Shown here one piece after another: positions 17,839 through 30,107 of a stretch of 64,000 bases of DNA. The stretch comes from Eledone cirrhosa (taxonomy: Eukaryota), in the NCBI GenBank assembly GCA_964016885.1, contig OZ024740.1:427924001-427988000 (forward strand). The letters run 5' to 3'. The translations under genes were made by a program, and so were the position numbers. Position 1 is the stretch's first letter. Each line of letters starts with the position of its first letter. The notes under the pieces were generated by a model. That model was not told the origin of the DNA. It did not search any database and was given only the letters and a program-made list of their open reading frames with translations.

Positions 17839-19404
17839 CTCAAATTAAGACCTATAATAGCAGGCCCCGCTTGCGAAACGCACCGTCTTAGCAACTTCAT
17901 TGATACCCTTCTCAAACCCTTCCTCAAGCACATCAAAAGCTATATAAGGGACGACCTAGATATGCTCAATCACCTCCCTAATATGCCACTTTCTGAACAA
18001 ACCCTACTAGTGACGTTCGATGTAGTCAACCTATACTCCAACATCCCCCACAACCTAGGAATAGAAGCTATCCAATTCTGGCTGGATAACTTCCACAATG
18101 AACTCCCACAACGCATCAAAAAAGAATTCGTGATAGAGGGACTCAAATTTATCTTGGAGAACAATTACTTCGTTTTCAATAACAAACCCTACAGGCAGAA
18201 ATCTGGGACCGCTATGGGAACGAAAACAGCCCCTACGTATGCCAACCTAGTCATGGGATACCTGGAAATCACCCTCTACACTAAAGTCCTAAACAAATTT
18301 GGAAACACCCTCCACTTACACATTGAAAGGAACTGGAAGCGATATCTTGATGACTGCTTCATCCTTTGGCACGAAAACATCGAAAAACTTAAAGAATTTC
18401 ACACCCTTATAAATGGGCTCAACACAAATATTAACTTCACAATGGAATACAGCCATCAACAACTCCCCTTCCTCGACATCCTCATTAAGATCCATAACAA
18501 AAAAATAGAAACAGACATATACTACAAGCCCACAGACTCCAAGCAATACCTCCCCTTCAACTCTTGCCACCCTAGACACGTTAAAATTAATATTCCCTAC
18601 AACTTAGCCAAGAGAATCTGTACTATAGTCTCCAATAAAAACATCTGCTACTTACGGCTACAAGAACTAAAGGACACACTCATAGGCAGGGACTACCCTG
18701 CATCACTAATTGACAATGGAATCCAACGTGCCCTAAAACTCAGTACCCAGGACCTTAGACACCCTAAAGTAAATCAACCAAAACTAAAAGCTCTTCCATA
18801 CATCTCCACACACAACCCCCTCAACAACGAGGCCTTTGACACCATCCTCCAGAACATCCCTGTATTGAAAAAGGACCATAGAATGAACCAAATTCTACGA
18901 ACACACGATATCATAAAAAGCAAAAGACAATCCAAGTCAATGAAAAACATCTTAACACATGCCAAAGTACTGCCAACCACAACAACGAAACCCACAGTAA
19001 AAAAATGCGATAGACCCAACTGTGGCATTTGCATCAACCTAATAGAGGGTTCGGAATTCTATTTCAAAGATGGACAACGTTTTATAGTAAAACACAATTT
19101 CACATGTGCATCGGAAAATTTAATATATGTATTAACTTGTTCAGGTTGTCGAGAACAATACATAGGCCAGACCAAAAACAGCCTCCGCCAACGCATGACT
19201 GTCCATAGATCCCAAATTAAAATACGGGAATACAGGAAAATACCACTGAGTGAACACATTGATACCTGCGCCGCCCAAAATCATCCCAACTTCAGAATCT
19301 TTCCCCTCTACAAATTTAAAGATAATGCCACCCACACCCAGCGCATCAGCAAGGAATCTTACTTCATTAACAAATACGGACCCCGTCTAAACACTTCTCC
19401 CTAA
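17836..19404 (+). CDS. Penelope-like retroelement ORF (RT + thumb + Cys linker + GIY-YIG endonuclease), 5'-truncated, probably Neptune clade
   Basis: Frame is open upstream of the ATG at 17962 to 17836 (DLKLRPIIAGPACETHRLSNFIDTLLKP). RT motifs LVTFDVVNLYSNI, GTAMGTKTAPTYANLVMG, WKRYLDDCF, LPFLDI, YYKPTD, SCHP; linker CDRPNCGIC; NLIYVLTCSGCREQYIGQT...LRQRMTVH...HI...KESYFI...LN. No stops over ~520 codons. Confidence 0.95.
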
Positions 19405-19582
19405 GACGAACCCACAACATACACACGTCAACATACATACCTACATCAGCACACATCTCTACCCACATATAAACACAATGACACACGTAAACACACATGC
19501 TCTATGGTGCAATACAAAAAAATATATGTGCATATATATGTATGTATATATGTATATATATGTATATATGTATGTAGTGAAA

Positions 19583-19618
<36 letters not shown>

Positions 19619-19931
19619 ATATATGTGTATATAGTGAATATCATTTCACACCCTTTATTGTTAAGATTGTTGATGTTCTATTAAGAGAACCGATTTTACT
19701 GAAAAAATCGAATAATGTACACCATTTTACCAGGGGGGGAAAAAAATACTGGTCCACCCACACACGCACACACACACACACACACATATATACACAGACA
19801 CATACACACGCGTACATCAACATACAAAGAGACTTATACACACACACACACACACACACACGCACTTCTCCGTATAAGACAAAAGCTGAAAAATATCTTT
19901 TGACCTTCGAATGACTCTGCTGTGTGTATGT

Positions 19932-19967
<36 letters not shown>

Positions 19968-20036
19968 ATCTTAATAGCCATTTGACACACATCGCTGGTG
20001 GCTATTGTCGCAGCATCGAATACCTTACTACTACTA

Positions 20037-20094
<58 letters not shown>

Positions 20095-20119
20095 CTGTTG
20101 TGAAAGAGTCATTTCTCAA

Positions 20120-20355
20120 TCTTGGCGCAAAACCAATTTTTTATCCACATGACCTCTACCGACCAATCAAAATTGTTTTGACCATAATCTTTGCTGGAGC
20201 CACTTTTCTAACATTTTAACATAAAAACAGTCTTGGCGCAAAATCAACTTTTTACATTCACATGACCTCTACCGACCAATCAAAATTGTTTTGACCACAA
20301 GCATTTTTACAACACAAAAATAACGCTGGAGCCATTTTTTTAACATAAAAACAGG
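20120..20355 (+). repeat. ~111-bp imperfect tandem duplication
   Basis: TCTTGGCGCAAAA...CACATGACCTCTACCGACCAATCAAAATTGTTTTGACCA starts at 20120 and 20231. Confidence 0.85.
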
Positions 20356-20415
20356 TAGAATTCCCAAAACTAATCAGATCAGAGCAAACAGCACGGACAC
20401 TCTATCTCAAAATTA

Positions 20416-20452
20416 TTTTTGAAAAGCATTTAGAAATGCGCAACCGGTAAAA
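20416..20452 (+). ncRNA. Degenerate hammerhead motif with U3-A8 core
   Basis: UUU-UUGAAAA-GCAUUU(AG)AAAUGC-GCAA-CCGG-UA^-AAA; GAAA altered to GCAA, stem I only 3 bp; context TCTATCTCAA resembles that of 20816-20851. Confidence 0.5.
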
Positions 20453-20570
20453 ACTTAAAAACTTAAAACCACAACTGAATACTAACCCATACAATCACTA
20501 ATACTCTTTTATTCCTAATTAAACCATTTTTCAACTGTGAACAATTTGTCAGCATTTTCTATTCCGTTTA

Positions 20571-20633
<63 letters not shown>

Positions 20634-20702
20634 AAAAACGGATGAAATCGAAAATGCAACTGTAGTCTTATTTTTAAAAAAATATATATATTTATTTGGT
20701 TC

Positions 20703-20738
20703 CTTTACCGGTTTCGCAGTTCTTCTGCTTTTCAAAAG
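20703..20738 (-). ncRNA. Hammerhead motif, U3-A8 variant (mirror copy)
   Basis: Reverse complement of 20816-20851 within the palindrome. Confidence 0.6.
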
Positions 20739-20815
20739 TAGAGTTGAGATGGAGGGTCTGTGGTTTTTCTCACATCTGATGTGAGAAAAACCACAGACCC
20801 TCCATCTCAACTCTA

Positions 20816-20851
20816 CTTTTGAAAAGCAGAAGAACTGCGAAACCGGTAAAG
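20816..20851 (+). ncRNA. Type I hammerhead motif, U3-A8 covariant core
   Basis: CUU-UUGAAAA-GCAG(AAGAA)CUGC-GAAA-CCGG-UA^-AAG; palindromic stem III ACCGGU, GUA site, stem I only 3 bp. Confidence 0.6.
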
Positions 20852-20981
20852 GAACCAAATAAATATATATATTTTTTTTAAAATAAGACTACAGTTGCAT
20901 TTTCGATTTCATCTGTTTTTCTTTATACTTTCACTCGTGTAGGACACCGGTTATTTTTCATTTTGTTAAAAAAAAACTCAC

Positions 20982-21076
<95 letters not shown>

Positions 21077-21079
21077 TAT

Positions 21080-21562
21080 GATATTTTGCATTTTTGCAAT
21101 AATATACACATACTGAATTTCATCCGCCAAAAATAACGGTTGCCTCCCTTGTCGAGCCCCACGTGGGTATCGGTAACGGTCATTCCTTCGCCTGGCACTT
21201 GAACTAAAACCTGTTGAGAAAGTGACTTCCTTGTTCAAACATCTTACCAGAAGCCTAACATTATTTGTCTAAGCGGACAGTACTTGATTTAGGAGTCGCA
21301 GAAACCCAAATACTTGATTTTACCAACCATCCAGGGGTCCGGGTAAATTTTTCAATCACATATTTTTTTATTTGTTTGACCCGAATTACTTGGTCGTTTC
21401 TATGGCTATGCGGATGACGGTTTAACCATCGTCTCAGTGTGTTTGGCCTTTAACGTATGTTGTAGCTCTGGTTCGTCAGAATTATTGAGCGCTTGCCACA
21501 CATCTCGGGAGTTGTTTTTCGCTAATTCCAAAGCCGAAATACGATTCTCGTTAATTTATATT

Positions 21563-21565
<3 letters not shown>
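21080..21565. repeat. Interspersed repeat in (TA)n, diverged homolog of 25160-26017
   Basis: Shared colinear blocks: TTTGCAATAA, CCTGTTGAGAAAG, CCTTGTTC, GCAGAAACCCAAA, GGGTCCGGGTAA, TTTGTTTGACCCG, ATCGTCTCAGT, GAGCGCTTG, GCCGAAAT.CGATTCTCG, AATTTATATTTGTA. Confidence 0.8.
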
Positions 21566-21642
<77 letters not shown>

Positions 21643-21907
21643 CAAAAGTTTAACAAGGTTAACAAAAGTTTAATGTTTAAAGTTTTAACAGTTATGTAGT
21701 TTTATTTTTGTATTTAGTAGTTGCCTTTATATATACTTATTATATTTATTATAATATATTTTTATACACATTTTCCTACATACACTCTTTATTATATGTA
21801 GTTTGTCATGTTACAACTTATGGTATATAAATATTGAGTTTTGTCACAACTAATCACTGCCAAAACTGGAATTGAACAATCAGCACAGTTGAGGTATGTC
21901 AGACATC

Positions 21908-21976
21908 AATTTATTTCATCTGATGAGGACATACTGATGAAATAGCTCAGTGCCTCTGAAATATGTATAATAAATT
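21908..21976 (+). ncRNA. Degenerate hammerhead related to 11860-11914
   Basis: CUGAUGA-GGACAUACUGA...UCAGUGCCUCU-GAAA-UAUGUA-UA-AUAAAU; same GGAC start and GAAATATGTATAATAAA end, but stems I and II imperfect; inside a (TA)n-bounded insert 21641-22020. Confidence 0.45.
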
Positions 21977-22019
21977 ATATTTGATCACATGAATGTCTAT
22001 ATTTATTAATATTTTGAAG

Positions 22020-22068
<49 letters not shown>

Positions 22069-22357
22069 CAAATAACGAAACGAAATTAAATTTCGTTTCG
22101 TTTGTAACTCATTTTTGTATGACTGACGCTTAAACAATTAAGTTAAAGATGTACATCCATATATGTATACTGAAATACTAGTATGCATATGAATACACAC
22201 ACGTATACATATGTAGATGTACCAAGTTTTTTCACTGGTCACTTTACTGTGAGTGGCCAGCTATTCTGTATGTAAACACACAGACAAACCGGTTTTTAGA
22301 GTCATACTGGTTTTTGAGGAAACACCTTTCCTCTATTCTCCAGAAAGCCAGACAAGG

Positions 22358-22402
22358 AATATTGAACTAGTTTCGTTGTTGTTACAACTCATCAGCAATA
22401 TT
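22358..22402 (-). ncRNA. Type I hammerhead ribozyme (inverted copy)
   Basis: Exact reverse complement of 22729-22773. Confidence 0.88.
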
Positions 22403-22728
22403 TACCTATCTTCCGGCCTTTCTAGAGAATCGTAAAAGCACATATCGTTATATGCTTTTTCTATGAAAATTAGTAGTGGGCAGACTAATTTGCATAGAGT
22501 GTGAGTAAGTACCGGTAAGTGAGTAACTTAATTGTTTAAGCGTCAGTCATACAAAAGTGAGTTACAAACGAAACGAAATTTAATTTCGTTATTTGTTTTT
22601 ATCGTCTCCGTTGAACCGGTACTTACTCACACTCTATGCAAATTAGTCTGCCCACTACTAATTTTCATAGAAAAAGCATATAACGATATGTGCTTTTACG
22701 ATTCTCTAGAAAGGCCGGAAGATAGGTA

Positions 22729-22773
22729 AATATTGCTGATGAGTTGTAACAACAACGAAACTAGTTCAATATT
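22729..22773 (+). ncRNA. Type I hammerhead ribozyme
   Basis: AAUAUUG-CUGAUGA-GUUGU(AACA)ACAAC-GAAA-CUAG-UU^-CAAUAUU; perfect 7-bp stem I, 5-bp stem II, palindromic stem III ACUAGU, GUU site after 22766. Confidence 0.9.
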
Positions 22774-23186
22774 CCTTGTCTGGCTTTCTGGAGAATAGAG
22801 GAAAGGTGTTTCCTCAAAAACCAGTATGACTCTAAAAACCGGTTTGTCTGTGTGTTTACATACAGAATAGCTGGCCACTCACAGTAAAGTGACCAGTGAA
22901 AAAACTTGGTACATCTACATATGTATACGTGTGTGTATTCATATACATACTAGTATTTCAGTATACATATATGGATGTACATCTTTAACTTAATTGTTTA
23001 AGCGTCAGTCATACAAAAGTGAGTTACAAACGAAACGAAATTTAAGTTCGTTATTTGTTTTTATAGTCTCCGTTGAACCGGTACACACACTCTATGCAAA
23101 TTAGTCTGCCCACTACTAATTTTCATAGGAAAAGCATATAACGATATGTGCTTTTACGATTCTCTAGAAAGGCCGGAAGATAGGTA

Positions 23187-23231
23187 AATATTGCTGATGA
23201 GTTGTAACAACAACGAAACTAGTTCAATATT
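23187..23231 (+). ncRNA. Type I hammerhead ribozyme
   Basis: Identical to 22729-22773; predicted cut after 23224. Confidence 0.9.
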
Positions 23232-23653
23232 CCTTGTCTGGCTTTCTGGAGAATAGAGGAAAGGTGTTTCCTCAAAAACCAGTATGACTCTAAAAACCGG
23301 TTTGTCTGTGTGTTTACATACAGAATAGCTGGCCACTCACAGTAAAGTGACCAGTGAAAAAACTTGGTACATCTACATATGTATACGTGTGTGTATTCAT
23401 ATACATACTAGTATTTCAGTATACATATATGGATGTACATCTTTAACTTAATTGTTTAAGCGTCAGTCATACAAAAGTGAGTTACAAACGAAACGAAATT
23501 TAATTTCGTTTCGTTATTTGTTTTTATCGTCTCCGTTGAACCGGTACTTACTCACACTCTATGCAAATTAGTCTGCCCACTACTAATTTTCATAGAAAAA
23601 GCATATAACGATATGTGCTTTTACGATTCTCTAGAAAGGCCGGAAGATAGGTA

Positions 23654-23698
23654 AATATTGCTGATGAGTTGTAACAACAACGAAACTAGTTCAATATT
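23654..23698 (+). ncRNA. Type I hammerhead ribozyme
   Basis: Identical to 22729-22773; predicted cut after 23691. Confidence 0.9.
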
Positions 23699-23914
23699 CC
23701 TTGTCTGGCTTTCTGTAAAATAGAGGAAAGGTGTTTCCTCAAAAACCAGTATGACTCTAAAAACCGGTTTGTCTGTGTGTTTACATACAGAATAGCTGGC
23801 CACTCACAGTAAAGTGACCAGTGAAAAAACTTGGTACATCTACATATGTATACGTGTGTGTATTCATATACATACTAGTATTTCAGTATACATATATGGA
23901 TGTACATCTTTAAC

Positions 23915-24006
<92 letters not shown>

Positions 24007-24146
24007 ATACTTTGGGAGGGTCATGTTACCAATAAGAAACACACGCACCAGTTTCTTTCACTCCAATTTATTATAAATTAAATTAATAAATTTATGAATT
24101 TCCGGTTGGTTGGCTGGTTCCACAACCTGACGGTTATTCATATATT

Positions 24147-24189
24147 GGCAAAGTTCTTTCGTCACACATTATGTGATCTCTTCAGTGAC
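24147..24189 (-). ncRNA. Type I hammerhead motif
   Basis: GUCA-CUGAAGA-G(A)UCAC...GUGAC-GAAA-GAAC-UU^-UGCC. Confidence 0.65.
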
Positions 24190-24296
24190 TGGGGATTCTT
24201 TTCTTTGTTTTGTGCCTCTCCCTTGTTCTGTTCTACGCCATCTTGTTTTTGAGGACAGAACAAAGGAGGGGCACAAAACAAAGAAAAGAGTCCCCA

Positions 24297-24339
24297 GTCA
24301 CTGAAGAGGTCACAAAAGGTGTGACGAAAGAACTTTGAC
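24297..24339 (+). ncRNA. Type I hammerhead motif
   Basis: GUCA-CUGAAGA-G(G)UCAC(AAAAGGU)GUGAC-GAAA-GAAC-UU^-UGAC; 4-bp stem I, bulged stem II, minimal stem III. Confidence 0.72.
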
Positions 24340-24538
24340 AATATATGAACAACCGTCCGGTTGTGGAACCAACCAACCGGAAATTTATTAATTCTTAAAT
24401 TTATAAATTTAATTTATAATAAATTGGATTGAAATCAACTGGTGCGTGTGTTACTTATTGGGCAACATGACCCTCCCAAAGTATAACAATATCGGTTTCA
24501 ACACCGTTTTCAGATAAAGAATCTTGCTAAACAAATTC

Positions 24539-24623
<85 letters not shown>

Positions 24624-24774
24624 GGAAACAGTGGTCACAGCAGTGGATATTTGAGTTCTGCAAGTACTTGTGAATTTGCACGTAGCATAACTAGGCTGCA
24701 GTACCACCGTGGAAACACTTGTAAGCACACGGAATAAATTACCTTTTTATGATGTTTACCTGTTATTATTCATT

Positions 24775-24824
<50 letters not shown>

Positions 24825-24942
24825 TTAATGTCTTCGTAATTGAATATAAAAGAGAGATAAACACAGATATATATAGATATATGTGTTCAAATGGTAAGGG
24901 AGTAGTTATAGTTTGTGTTGTTCACTTTCTAAATAAATTATA

Positions 24943-25008
<66 letters not shown>

Positions 25009-25009
25009 C

Positions 25010-25108
<99 letters not shown>

Positions 25109-25159
25109 TCACTTAAGTTTATTTTAAAAACAACACGGTAGAGAGCTTTATTCGTTTTG

Positions 25160-26017
25160 TGCTATTTTTGCAAATGTTTGCAATAACTACACATGCTGAA
25201 TTCAGTGGCCAAATTAGGGGTTTTATCCCCTTAGAATCTCACATGTGCTACACACGCTGAATTCACTGGCCAAATTAGGGGTTTTATCCCCTTAGAACCT
25301 CACATGTGCTACACACGCTGAATTCACTGGCCAAATTAAGGGTTTTCTCGCCTTAGAACCTCACATGTGCTACATACGCTGAATTCACTGGCCAAAATAG
25401 GGGTTTTCTCCCCTTAGAACCTCACATGTGCTACATACGCTGAATTCACTGGCCAAAATAGGGGTGTTCTCCCCTTAGAATCTCACATGTGCTACATACG
25501 CTGAATTCACTGGCCAAAATAGGGGTTTTCTCCCTTAGAACCTCACATGTGCTACATACGCTGAATTCACTGGCCAAAATAGGGGTTTTCTCCCCTTAGA
25601 ACCTCACATGTGCTTTCACAACCTGTGAGATTCTGGACCACGAAGAACAAAATGCCTGTTGAGAAAGCGATGCCTTGTTCGATCATTATACCAAAAGCTT
25701 ATTTTTTATAAGCAGACAGTCTTATTGATTTAGGTGTTGCAGAAACCCAAATTGGGAGTATTCCATCTTCCCCGAGGGTCCGGGTAACTATGTCAATAAT
25801 ATCTTATTTTGTTTGACCCGTTTAGCTTGTTCGCTTATTTGTCTCTGGTGGTTAATGGCTTCTTAACAATCGTCTCAGTTTGTATGACCATTTAACTTAT
25901 GTTTATATCTCTGGTATCTTCTTCATATCCATGGAGCGCTTGTCTGCACATTACGGAAGTTGCGTTTCGCTAAATTCTACCCGCCGAAATGCGATTCTCG
26001 CTAAATTTATATTTGTA
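25160..26017. repeat. Interspersed repeat homologous to 21080-21565, with internal 61-bp array
   Basis: Same colinear blocks as 21080-21565; both copies end at ATTTATATTTGTA. Confidence 0.8.
25186..25613. repeat. 61-bp minisatellite, ~7 copies
   Basis: CTGAATTCA[C/G]TGGCCAAA...CCCCTTAGAACCTCACATGTGCTACA recurs at 25196, 25257 and onward. Confidence 0.95.
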
Positions 26018-26018
26018 A

Positions 26019-27092
26019 TCTATATATATAAAACTGTGGTTGTCTGTCTGTCTATCGATTTTTGGCACACATCTTCTCTTAGAATCTCTCACGGAATTGC
26101 ACCGAAATTGCTATGCTTGTACATTGAGCCCTAGCGAAGACATCGGAAAAAAAATATTTCAAATTGACCCGCCCTATCTGACGAAATCGAATATAATGTA
26201 TCGATTTTTGAGCGTAAGTGATCAGTTATTTCCCTTTGTTCTGTTTACATTCAGCGTAGCGTCTTACGTTCTCTTTACATTTTCTGCGTGCAAAAATTAA
26301 AAAAATGATTTCCCTTTGTTCTGTTTACATTCAGCGTAGCGTCTTACGTTCTGTTTACATTTTCTGCGTGCAAAAATTAAAAAAATTACGCTGGCAAAAA
26401 TTAAAAAAATTACGCTGGCTTTCTCAGCGTTTAAAATGACATTAACACAATACACGAACAGTTGTCGTTAGGCGTGCAGACAGACAGTCGTGCAGACAGA
26501 CAGTCGTGCAGAGAGGTGATATACGCGTGCAGACAGATAGTCGTGCAGAGAGGTGATATAGGCGTGCAGACAGACAGTCATGCAGAGAGGTGATATAGGC
26601 GTGCAGACAGACAGTCATGCAGAGAGGTGATATAGGCGATTATTTCCCTTTTATGGAATGAGCAGACGATTAGCGAATGTGCAGACGATTAAGTAAATCT
26701 TTAGTAGAGTGAATTGGAATCTCCAGTTTGTTTAATAGCTTCATTTGCACTGTACTGCCTTTGTATGCTACAACGCTTTAAAAGTTCGGCGAGTTCATTA
26801 CTTCGTAAGTTATTGATATTTATTTTTTTATTACGACGGTTAGCAAACTTTCCCTATTAAACGTTTAAATTAATTTTACGGTCTTATAAGGCTGAATTTA
26901 CTTTAATTCGGGTTATCGTTATGTTTTCTTAACTTCATAAGGCATATTGTTGGTTGAGGGAATATTAATCAAAAATACCACATGCAAGTCTGCACAGTAG
27001 ACACTACAGTTTTTAAGCCAAAAAAGAAACTTAACATTGTAACTTTAACACAGCTACTGAGCGACCCCGAGCAACGCCGGGCTTTACTGCTA

Positions 27093-27093
<1 letters not shown>
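26019..27093 (+). mobile_element. Non-autonomous Helitron
   Basis: Between A(26018) and T(27094); 5' TCTATATATATAAAA; 3' hairpin CCCG-AGCAACGC-CGGG 12 nt before terminal CTAG; no TSD; internal tandem duplications at ~26230-26420 and ~26470-26640. Confidence 0.88.
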
Positions 27094-27136
<43 letters not shown>

Positions 27137-27654
27137 TTTCATCTTCAGTTCCTCAGTCCACATTTGACCCTCATTCACTCCTGCCATCTTGAGCCCGACC
27201 ATATTATTCTATCAGATAGTTTCTCTTCGGCCTTTGAGGAGGTTATCCCCGAGACTTCACGAATTTGGCAGATAGAACTAGGGAATCATGCCTGCATTTT
27301 TTTTTTATCTTAGGTCTGCCCAATTACAGACAATTTCGAACTAAACAGTATCAATAATCAATATTCTCTATAATTTTAATATCGGTCATGCTTAGAAAAT
27401 TTTGGGTTTGGAGACAAACGAAAGTTTTTCGCGTCTATAGAATTACTGTCATTTCTATAACACACACGATTTTTTTTTTTGGCATTAGAAGAATAAAAAA
27501 ATGATGATGATGATGATGATGATGAGGAAGGGGAGAAAAAAGATGGTTCTATCGTATTCGTGAGGATATTGCTTATGATGTTGGGGGATTGTATTGGATG
27601 TCGAGGTGAGGAAGAACTAAAAAAAGAAAAATAAGTGCCGAAAGAAAGATGAAG

Positions 27655-27679
27655 GATGATGTCATCGGACGTTTCGTGT

Positions 27680-27714
<35 letters not shown>

Positions 27715-28006
27715 GGTGGTGGTTGTAGTAACACATAATAATGATGATGATGGTGATGATGATGATGGTGATGGTGATGGTGATGACGATGATGGTGATG
27801 AGAATTATGATGATGGTGATGATGATGGTGATGATGATGGTGATGATGATGATGATGATGATGGTGATGATGTTGATGAGAATGATGAGAATGATGATGA
27901 CGATGATGATGGTGATGATGATGGTGATGATGGTGATGAGAAGGATGATGATGATGGTGATGATGGTGATGAGAATGATGGTGATGATGATGACAATGAT
28001 GATGAT
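27655..28006. repeat. Compound trinucleotide microsatellite (GTA/GTG/GAT)n
   Basis: Direct reading; source of poly-H/D/M ORFs. Confidence 0.95.
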
Positions 28007-28575
28007 ATATGAGTGTATAGGGGTGAAAGTATTGAATAGAACCGAGGAAATCTATATTAGACATTTCAAACTGTACACAATTGTATTGGCATTCAACGAT
28101 ATGTTTTCTTGTGTCTGTAGAAAGAAGTGGATTGCCCAATACTGAGATCAGTTTTGTGCGTGTCTTATATAGTATGCAATAAAGGAATCCTCCTTAACTG
28201 GCCCTTGCCGCTTGCTGTCTATTATTATGCTTAAGAATGAGTGAGGATGAGGGAGAGACATGGAGATTTAGAAGGGAGTTAGAAAGAAGAGAGAGGGTAA
28301 TTTATGCATGCAAATCGAGGTGTGAATCTGCTGTCCATAAGTATCTGGGAACTGGACATATATAAGTAGTTGACAAGTGATAGAACACGAAAACTATTTT
28401 TTCGTTCCGTTTCTTCATTCCGATTTTCTTTCTTTATTTCTTTATTCATTTTTCAGTTTTTTCAGAATTTTTCTTCGCATTTTTTCTTTCATAAATTCAT
28501 TCTTTCAATCATTATTTTCTCCTCATTCTTCAGTCTTATATTTTTTTTAATGGTTTATATATTTATAACGATTCA

Positions 28576-29520
<945 letters not shown>

Positions 29521-29703
29521 TATGTTTATATGTGTGTATGTGCGTGTTTATTTCAATTTTTAAATATATCCGTATATTTTATTCTATATATTTTATCTTA
29601 TTCTTTTCTTATTAATATATTCTTCACCTCAACACAGACTGGCAGGCAGTGTTTCTAAGTCTTGAATGATGTTTCCGTAGCAGAAGTAAAGATAGTAACG
29701 ATG

Positions 29704-29937
29704 ATAACAACAACAACAACAACAACAGCAACAACAACAACAACAACTACAACAGGAGCAGCAGCAACAACAACAACAACAACTACAACGACAACAACAA
29801 CAACATCAACAACAACAGCAGCAGCAGCAGCAGCAGCAGCAACAGCAACAACAACAACTACAATAACAACAATGACAATAACAATAACAACAACAGCAAC
29901 AACAACAACGGCAAGAACAACAATAACAACAACAATG

Positions 29938-29968
<31 letters not shown>

Positions 29969-29992
29969 CTACAACAACAACAACAACAACAA

Positions 29993-30023
<31 letters not shown>

Positions 30024-30107
30024 AACAGCAACAACAACAACAACGACAACAACAACAACAACAATGACAAGAAGAAAAAGAAGAAGAAGAAGAAGAAGAA
30101 GAAGAAA
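29704..30107. repeat. Compound (CAA)/(CAG)/(GAA)n microsatellite
   Basis: Direct reading. Confidence 0.95.

Larger units (their letters stand above)
20627..20987. mobile_element. Head-to-head fold-back element in (TA)n: near-perfect 150-bp-arm palindrome (20627-20927, centre 20777) plus ~60-nt extension
   Basis: Arms are reverse complements around CACATC-T-GATGTG with only about two differences; (TA)n on both sides. Confidence 0.85.
22063..23920. mobile_element. Hammerhead-bearing ~460-bp tandem element (retrozyme / Penelope pseudo-LTR-like): one inverted copy (22063-22516) plus three direct monomers (22524-23920)
   Basis: TAACTTAATT recurs at 22524, 22986, 23444, 23911 (monomers 462, 458, 467 bp, near-identical); left copy is the reverse complement; (TA)n both sides; one hammerhead per copy. 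Confidence 0.9.
24001..24540. mobile_element. Head-to-head hammerhead element in (TA)n (arms 24001-24251 and 24252-24491, ~50-nt extension)
   Basis: Arms are diverged reverse complements (ATTGTTATACTTTGGGAGGGTCATGTT / AACATGACCCTCCCAAAGTATAACAAT); same family as 33080-33392. Confidence 0.85.

Noticed and set aside
22253-23803. Four copies of a 60-aa ORF (MASYSVCKH...)
   Set aside because: GTG start, antisense to the hammerhead, no recognisable motif; repeated only because the unit is repeated.
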